NCBI GenBank assembly: GCA_011109175.1
Contig: RDEW01000001.1
Coordinates: 654,182 to 687,181, forward strand
DNA from: Dicyema japonicum
Taxonomy: Eukaryota; Animalia; Dicyemida
Direction of reading: 5' to 3'
DNA: 33,000 nt
Under the pieces are notes generated by a model. That model searched no databases. It saw only the letters and a list, made by a program, of their open reading frames with translations, and was not told the origin of the DNA. Below are positions 25,350-33,000 of this stretch, one piece after another (the stretch's first letter is position 1; the number at the start of each line of letters is the position of its first letter). Position numbers and translations under genes: made by a program.

Positions 25350-25835
25350 ACCATTAACGTCATGTCCATTCCATACATTATTCCACTCCAACTGTTTCCT
25401 TTATGTTTTTAGTCCAACACTTATCTTCGGACATCATCTTAGATAGAGATTATCTGATTGAACCGTTCGATAATCCCTTGACTCCTTGGATTGTTAGGCC
25501 TACTATGAAATTGTTAGACGTTGAAGCAGTCACATAATGCTCTTACATGGAATGTCACATTCTGACACCACTTTCCGAATAATTTCTCTTTTCACGAAAA
25601 AAATCTTTCATTGCAATATTGTTCCAATGTGTTGTGTCCACAATCGGTCAATTGATGAATTTGCGAGGCCATTAATTCCATTCTTCATGATTATCAGAAA
25701 AGATGACAATTTTGTGGTTTCCATTTGTGTCTTTAAGGTATAACCTCCCATTGATAGATAAAAAATTCTTTGACTTTTGAGTTAATCGGTATTTTTTGTC
25801 TTGTCATTATATCGAAGATCCCCTTCTCTTCCATT
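25350..25835 (-). mobile_element. Decayed DDE integrase (Ginger/KRBA2/gypsy-type) remnant
   Basis: ASQIHQLTDCGHNTLEQYCNERFF..KREIIRKVVSECD (HHCC-like zinc domain) and ERFNQII...KGNSW (catalytic-E helix), with frameshifts. Confidence 0.5.
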
Positions 25836-26702
25836 ATATAAATTTATTCCTGGGTTGTTTTTACGAAACACAGAGCCGTCAGTTTAACTTTATAAAACAC
25901 GCCTGTATTATGCTATTTAAAATTTAAAAACTGCGACTTCCAAAAATATTTAACTTAGAATTTTTTTTACTTTTAAATATAATAAATGAGAAAGACGTGT
26001 AAAGTTTTATAAAAAATGCTTGAAATTATTTTGTTTGAGTATTATGTAACGCGTAGCGCTCGGTAACGCGTAACGCATGTGACATATTATTATTACCCCC
26101 AGGATCACTGGGTCAAAGAGAAAGAAATAAAAGTTCTCATCTAACTAAGTGATCCCAGACTGACAAAGGAGAGGACGAGTCTGGCGGGGTTGAGAATCCT
26201 GAACAGCTCTTCTCATTGGACATGGCATCGGCTCAAAATTTCTGTATGATTGTAGATATTTCGATAGTGTATGGTATATAGGGCAGCTGGGTAAACTAGC
26301 CTCCTTTAATAGTTTCCGTTGTAATTAGATTAAGAAGTTTTCAATGGGCTGGATTTTGTGTTTTGGTCCAATTAACCTTATTGCAGTCTCCTCGATTGCG
26401 GATAGTTTCAATGAGGAAGATCGTGAGATCTGCATTGCCCATGAAGGACTTGCATACGTCATCGTTGGTCGGATAAATTGTTCATAAATCGTGGCAAGGC
26501 CACCAGTTTGGTCTCTAAGTGTTTTTGAGAGCACTTTTAAAATTCTCATTTTTTCAGAGCAGAAGTTACTTTGTTTTCAACATGCCGGATAAAGGTGAGT
26601 CCCTGATCAAAGGTTACTCCCAGAATCTTCGGTGTTTTGTTAATAGAGATAGCTTCGTTCTTCATAAAGACTTTTGGTTCGATACAGAGCTGTCTTTTGT
26701 AG

Positions 26703-26884
26703 GTGGTAAACAGTGTGACAAAGGACTTTGCTGCTGATATGTCGAGTCTCCGCTTCGAGAGCCATAGTTCCAGCTTGTTGAGCCATCTGAGTCGTGGTAA
26801 ACAGTGTGACAAAGGACTTTGCTGCTGATGTGTCGAATCTCCGCTTCGAGAGCCATAGTTCCAGCTTGTTGAGCCATCTGAGTC
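26703..26884. repeat. 91-bp tandem duplication within the LINE RT
   Basis: 26703-26793 vs 26794-26884. Confidence 0.9.
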
Positions 26885-28089
26885 GCTGATTGTATGCTTC
26901 TGTTTTTGGAGGCAAGACTGATATCGTCGGCATAGGAGAGGATTAGACAGTTTTCATTACAGGTTTGTGGCATGTCGTTTATGTAAAGATTGAATAGTTG
27001 GGGTGATAGTGAGGAGCCTAGAGGGACTCCATTTGGGAAATAGCGAGATCTTGATTTAATGTTATTGTGCTCGTCTTCCATTTAGGAAGTTTTCAAGCCA
27101 AAGTTTCAGGTTCGGATGGATGTTGGTTTCAAATATTTTCTTTGTTAGGAGTTTCCTAGGGACTGAGTCGAACGCTTTTGTGATGTCCACGGATATAAGT
27201 ACTGTCTTCTGATAGGGATTGGGGGAGTTAAATCCTTCCGCAATGAATTGTGTGAGGGTTGTAAGGTGTGTTGTTGTCGAACGGTTATCTCGGAATCCGT
27301 GCTGGTTAAAGGTATTGAGATTGAGTCTTGTATTTTTTCCAAAACAAGGGGAGGTTTTTGCAGAGAGTCTTCGATAGTCTCGTCCATCTATTTGCATTTT
27401 CTGCCTTTATGTTGTTGTCGATCTCTCTGTTCAATTTTCGTATTTTCCTGATGTTCTCTTCTGTTGGCGATTTTACCATCTTTAGATTATTTCGTTCTCT
27501 GATCAGATGTTTCGTCGTTGTGTTGAAACGTTTTGATGACGTAGGTTGTCTCCCCATAGGAATGTACTTCTTTTTCGCAGCGTTTATAATGGAGTTGAAC
27601 CATTTCACTAATTGTTCGACGGAGAGAGGAGTGGGGAAATTTAATAGTCCAATACAATTATCGACGTATTCCTTGAATCCTCACCAATTCGGAAGGCTGT
27701 AGTTAGTTATCGTTGGGCATTGTCCTTTTATCTGTGACCTTGTTTTGACCTCCAAAAATATTGGATTGTGGTCACTCCTGGTGTCATACTTCACTGACCA
27801 GTCAATAAGTGGGGCCAAGGACGGTGATGACAATGAGATGTCGATAGAAGAAGGTCTATCGTTACGTCGAGTAGGTGTTCTTGTATGAGATGCAGGATCG
27901 TTAAGTATACATAGACTGTGGAAGTCCTCAATTATCATCTTCCCAAATTTGTCGTAGGTTTGTCTTGTTAGCCACAGTGAGTGCTTTGCATTGAAGTCAC
28001 CACAGATAATCACATCCTTCAGTGATGTGAGAGGAGTCAATCTGGGAACACTGGACGAGCAGGAACTCAGCAGGGGGAGATATGCGTTG

Positions 28090-28600
28090 ATAATCATTAT
28101 CGATAGTTTTGGGAATCGTACTTTGGTAACCAAAGGTTCGAGATTTCCATATCATTTAAACATAGTGTAAGCACTGTTAGTTAAGTCCTCAAACAGAATT
28201 CCGTTGCGGATAACTGTGAGAAGACCCCCACCAAGTTTGCCAATTCTGTCACGGCGAATTATTGTGAATCCCGGAAATACTTGTGTTGAATTCTTTGGAG
28301 AAAATTTAAACTCTTTAATTAGCAACAGATCAATGTGATTTTCTNACAATTATTATTGATAGCCTTGGGAATCGTACTTTGGTAACCAAAAGTTCGAGAT
28401 TTCCATATCCTTTAAGCATAGTGTAAGCACTGTTAGCTAAGTCCTCAAACAGAATGCCGTTGCGGATAACTGTGAGAAGACCCCCACCAAGTTTGCCAAT
28501 TCTGTCACGGCGAATTACTGTGAATCCCGGAAATACTGGTGTTGAATTCTTTGGAGAAAGTTTAGACTCTTGAATTAGCAACAGATCAATGTGATTTTCT
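28090..28600. repeat. ~255-bp tandem duplication joined by a single N within the LINE APE
   Basis: N at 28345; the copies differ by several substitutions. Confidence 0.9.
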
Positions 28601-29519
28601 TTCACAAATGTCTTAAATTCGAGTATTTTGTTCTTGATTCCATTTATGTTGAGTTGGACTATTCTGGCTGGTCCAGGGTTTGCCTCATCGTCTCCGCAGC
28701 GGCGCAGGCCTTCCTTATTGGTCCACTCGTGAAGATAGGGGAAAGTGTGGTTCTTTTTTTCCAAATACCACCACGTCGTCGGCGAACCACATTCAAAAAA
28801 TAGTGAACAAAAATCGTAAAAATAAGACTTGTAGACAAAATGGATATTTTAGTTAGATTAACTGCAATAGGAAGGGAACTCAGCTAATATTGAGAATAAA
28901 CATGGAGTTTCTCTAATTTTTTTAATAAAAAGTACAAAAAATATAATAATGCACAATATATTAAGAAAGTAAAAGTATTATTGAAGCAAAGAAAAATAGT
29001 TAGGAATCTTAATGTCACATGCACTGACTAGACGTTCCATATCAATTTTTATTATTATTTTAGTAAAGTTACATATATCTTTTTGATGTCATTAAATTCG
29101 ATTTATTGTTAATTTTATAAATAATTTAATATTAAACTTAATAACACTATACTCAAATACCTTATACTTTAGGGAATATTCCCTACTAATGAAGTCATTC
29201 AAAAACGGCATGGTGCCTCCAAAAACTTTCTTCTTCATAAACAGAAATTCTTCAATACGCAGGACAGCCGCTATATGACCATTTGTTCAATTTTTTTCTA
29301 AATAAAATATTTAACATTTACAATCAAAAATGAAATAAATATATTAGCAGAATTAGGCATAAAACAAAATTCCTATAGGATTTGTTTAATCATATTAAAG
29401 TTTTTAATCGTATTACTTTATACTCAAACTTAGTAATTTTATTTGTTAGAAAACTAAATTTTAAATTCCAATTTTCTGTTTAATTCATCTTTTTTTCAAA
29501 ACAGGTGAGTGTATAAATA

Positions 29520-29796
29520 CTTGTCTTTAGCAATATTAGTTATAGCTACTCCCAGAGAGAACAGTTATCATAACTAATCGAAGAGGGAGAATTAAGGAAT
29601 GCTCTTCAATTATTTTTTCTTTTTGTTAATGGGTCCTTTTGTTGACGATTCGGTTACGCAGTTAAATGTTCATTGATGATGGCGTCACTCGTCAAATCAA
29701 AGCATCACAGATGTGTGGAACCTTCAGCCGAATGGTACAGCAGCGAGATTTGAGTTAGGAGCGACCAGGATTCGTTACACTGCGCCACCCTGGGAT
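29520..29796 (-). mobile_element. tRNA-derived SINE, copy 2 (diverged)
   Basis: Shares gaacagtta...taactaatcg, aaggaatg.tcttca, tgatga.ggcgtcactcgtcaa, gtggaacctt, cagcgaga and gccaccc with 6330-6659. A box TGGCGCAGTG. Absent from the homologous upstream region of paralog A. Confidence 0.75.
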
Positions 29797-29956
29797 TCTA
29801 TATATTTTAAATTTATTTTTGTTATTTTAATTTTAATTAATAAAAATATAAATATAATGCTAACATGAAAAATGAATAATTTATATTAAATTAAAAAATT
29901 AATAAAAATCAAATTTGACATAAATATTAATAAATATAGAGATTAAGTTATTATTA

Positions 29957-30734
29957 ATGCAACTAAAAAGTTATAAACAAATTATAGTGATTCTGATTTA
30001 TGTAATATTCTCTACAAAAATGAAAGATACTGTCATTGGATATAAACAAACAGATTGTCCTGTTCCTACGTGGATAGTCCCAATAAAGTCAAACCGTCAG
30101 AGCTTTTCAGTGTTATTTCGAGGATTAATAAATATTAATTATTATCATGATAACACAGTATTAATTTTATAAATGTAGTTACATGCACTTAATTTAAATG
30201 ATTCTGAAATAACTTATTATAAAGATAATACATTTACACCACCATATGCTATATCTTTACAATTAGAAAAAATTGCAATTGAATTTGATTTTGAAGTTAC
30301 TAGTGCTGGTGTTAATATAATTCACATCGGACTTATTATCAATGGTGATTTGTTATAATTTAAAACCAAGGAATATTTCATATCAATGCTACTAAATATT
30401 CGAATAAAGTAGCATATAGTGGTCACTTGGATTGTCCTAATTTGTTGATACATTTCGATTCAATTCACTTAGTGAAGATTAATTATATGAAATTTCAAAT
30501 TTTTAATGGAATAAATGTCACAACTTTTTCTGGAAAACGTTAAATTTATAATAATCGATAGAATCAACATGTGATGCAAGATTAACTATAAATGAAAAAG
30601 TTAAGCCACTTACTGGTAAATATATATTTTATTTTATAGATTGTAACCATAAAAAACAACATAAAAGATGTTCTATAAAATCTACAATGTTAGGTGAATT
30701 ATTGATTTTCCTGTTGGGAATATTAGTTATTTGA
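29957..30734 (+). CDS. Secreted LAMP-domain-like glycoprotein with GPI-like tail, paralog B (227 aa, 5 exons)
   Basis: Introns 30158-30178, 30345-30370, 30539-30561 and 30616-30639 give an open 684-nt CDS ending MLGELLIFLLGILVI*. Same exon structure as 23038-23815; NDS/NAT/NVT sequons. Confidence 0.75.
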
Positions 30735-30799
30735 TTATAATTTGAATTTTTCTTGTTATTTTCACACTTTATTAATAAGTAACCAAACAAAGGAGTTTG

Positions 30800-31755
30800 A
30801 GGCTAAATAGTATGATGAGATTGATGTTGTCATCCGTAAAGTACTCAGAATACCATTTCCATGTGATGGCAGCTAATAACGAAAGACTATATTTACCTCG
30901 TGATGAATATGGCCGTACTATGTGGAGTATTCCAACCTTAATGAGCGTATCCTTATGAGAATCATCACACCTTGATAGCTGGGTCGAGTGTGTCTCTAGG
31001 AAGCATGACACAATAAGGACTGAGAAAATATGGGCAACTCACCTATGCACTATCAGATCTTTTTTGTTTTCTAAGTGTGATGTTGATGATGGTCTAGGAA
31101 GCATGACACAATAAGGACTGAGAAAATATGGGCAACTCACCTATGCACTATCAGATCTTTTTTGTTTTCTAAGTGTGATGTTGATGATGGTGAGCTAGCA
31201 AATGGAATGACAAAATTAATAATTTGAATGAAAAGATCAACTTAACAAGTCTTCATAAGATCCTCTTCATAGAATTGGACAACCCACACGTCGTCCTTAA
31301 GTCGCCGACAGCATGGGTAAAATATTGTGACAACTCACCGTTATCGGCGTTATACACGTATATTCAAGATCTCAATATTTTGGGGGTCACAATTGTTTGT
31401 CAAAGAACATGCCAGTTGATCATTTTGTCACTCGGTGTGGATCCAGGCTCTACCATGACTTTTTAGGGATGCATAACGAGGTTGTGAAGAGTCTTAATCT
31501 TCTATTATAAGTATGGTATTCTCCACATAAGAAAGTTACGGACTCATAGATGCAATCTGAGATAGACAAAACCAGGGTCCAGTGTTGTCCGAACGTCGGT
31601 AGTAGCCAAGCACAGTAGACCTGACATTGTGGTACACGATAAGGAGTCTGACCAAGTCCTTATCATAGAAGTAGGCATCATTTCCTAAGACCGTTTGCAG
31701 ACTGTGGGGGTAGAGAAAAAAGTAAATATGACATCCTTGCAGCGAGATGGGGCAG
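30800..31755 (+). mobile_element. Decayed R4/Dong/NeSL-like RLE retrotransposon 3' region
   Basis: LHKILF...YIQDLNIL, VDHFVTRCGSRLYHDFLGMHNEVVK (CCHC + RHN-like), HSRPDIVVHDKESDQVLIIEVGI and KYDILA (PD-E-K RLE). Confidence 0.75.
30995..31190. repeat. 98-bp tandem duplication
   Basis: 30995-31092 vs 31093-31190. Confidence 0.9.
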
Positions 31756-31758
31756 ATC

Positions 31759-32060
31759 CTAGGTTGTATCTACCGCTTTCCTAATGGAAGAGAGTTTTCC
31801 CGTCAGGTCTTTTGTTAGCTGAGGCCAGTCTGAGGGGCTCCAACAGAACGTAAATCCGGTGGTTTCTATTCTACATGCAATTACTTCGTGCCTTATACTC
31901 CTTCCAACGCTCCTATGGCAGGAGTGGATGTGAAGCCCTTGAACGTCTACCATCTTTCCACATGTACAACAATGCAGACACGGACTACTATTGTCGTAGA
32001 GTGGTCGGCCAATAACGTAAGTGAAAGTTCTAAGCCAAGCACCGCATTCGTTCGTTGATG
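31759..32060 (-). mobile_element. CRE-like RLE element fragment
   Basis: GAWL...CTCGKMVDVQGLHIHSCHRSVGRSIRHEVI (CCHC knuckle + RH). Confidence 0.75.
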
Positions 32061-32389
32061 CAAAAGCAAAGCATGTTAATGAAAAAAAGATGGAAATTCC
32101 TAAAAATAGTGCTTCGTTGTAATCGAAAGGTAATAGGTTAGATGAAAATAGTTGGACAGATACATATTTTTCTTTGGTAAAAGTTGACACTAACCGGTGA
32201 TATAACGGAGATCCTACGAAAATCATGTTCTCTTTTTAAGATATTTGTAAATTATGTCGAAATCATAGCCAGTGCTTAGTCGTCCTCCGTGCAGGCAACG
32301 TTAATGACTTTGCACTCTATGATTCCACCTCTACGAATGCATTTGAAGCATAGCTAATGTCGTTACTAAATTATTTTGAGTATTTGGTG

Positions 32390-33000
32390 GATTAGCAATG
32401 AAATTCTAATTGACATCTGCAAAAAATCTCAACTCCTTATCATAACCCACCACAAGGGTTTCTGAAGGAAATTAATTTTAATACAAACAGGAGTTCCCGG
32501 GAATGTACGAGTCATCATTGAATTGGGGGTGTTTCCCCTATCTGTGGCCGTAACAAAGGTGAGGTCGTAAATATACCACCTGAAAGAGCACTGCTATTTC
32601 CTGGGAAATATGAAATAGCATATCGATATCTGGTAGTTGTCAAATGTGGAATTTCTATCCCAATCCGTTACGCGTATCTAATGGAGCTTTTGAACGATCT
32701 GTGCTAGTAATTTTGTTGTTGTTAAAAGAACCTTGTTACTGTGTACGTAGCTGAGAGTTTGTACCTTCCAATATCCAATCATTACCAGTCGTCCGTCTAT
32801 TTGTGATATCTTTATTAGCCACATATTCCTTATTACCCAGACAGGAAATATAATATTAGTAAAACATCATAAATCATTCATTAACAATTTTATAGACTTT
32901 ACCAATTTATCTGGATTACTGATTTTAACGACACACATTGACTCAACCACCAATCCAGAATCTTCAAATCTTCCAAATCTAAATGTCAGATGTTCTGGAT
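32390..33000 (-). pseudogene. Possible cadherin-repeat gene or pseudogene, partial (runs off the window)
   Basis: With putative 27-28 nt introns, one frame gives KLH*IRVTDWDR and YDLTFVTATDRGNTP, resembling cadherin QVxAxDxD and YxLxVxATDxG.P. ADVN*N lies further on. Contains in-frame TAA/TAG. Confidence 0.35.

Larger units (their letters stand above)
26085..28800 (-). mobile_element. Near-full-length single-ORF LINE (Ingi/Vingi-like, I group): 2A-like peptide, APE endonuclease, RT, (TAA)n tail
   Basis: LRRCGDDEANPGP; IVQLNINGI...LLIQESKL, CGDFNA, SIDISL, SDHNPI (APE); QHGFRDNRSTT, VDITKAFDSV, GVPLGSSLSPQLFNLY, YADD, ILGVTFD (RT); 3' GGGGG(TAA)n near 26085-26100. Frameshifted, with an apparent deletion near 27320. 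Confidence 0.92.

Noticed and set aside
28740-28880. HDV-like ribozyme at the 5' end of the Ingi/Vingi-like LINE
   Set aside because: Only one GTGGTTC/GAACCAC stem is visible; I could not build the nested double pseudoknot by eye.
1-33000. Prokaryotic features (operons, CRISPR arrays, retrons, group II introns or DGRs suggested by the RT ORFs)
   Set aside because: The RTs carry LINE-type APE/RLE domains and tails, host genes are spliced, and there is no repeat-spacer array.
1-33000. Paramecium-like origin with a global TAA/TAG=Gln code
   Set aside because: TAA is the terminator of three genes (aligned with TGA in a paralog), intact ORFs use CAA/CAG, and the proteins look animal-type.

Overview
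This is an AT-rich eukaryotic, animal-type genomic window, not a prokaryotic one. The ORF track fragments because host genes carry extremely short GT-AG introns; I reconstructed 20 introns, all 21-27 nt. Manual splicing recovers MRPL1 (- strand, with one in-frame TAA), a UPF0728/C10orf53 homolog, NDUFAF3 and two paralogous secreted LAMP-domain-like glycoproteins with GPI-like tails. There is also an intronless C2H2 zinc-finger gene and a possibly decayed cadherin-like gene at the right edge. Tiny introns together with animal-type genes suggest a dicyemid-like mesozoan (inference). Most of the remaining sequence is decayed transposable elements: RTE-like LINEs, Ingi/Vingi/Jockey-like LINEs (one near full length with an N-terminal 2A-like peptide), CRE-like and R4/Dong-like RLE retroelements, hAT, gypsy-like and integrase remnants, and two copies of a tRNA-derived SINE. 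Ten 90-261 bp tandem duplications, three joined by a single N, are probably assembly artefacts. All family assignments come from motif recall, not database searches.
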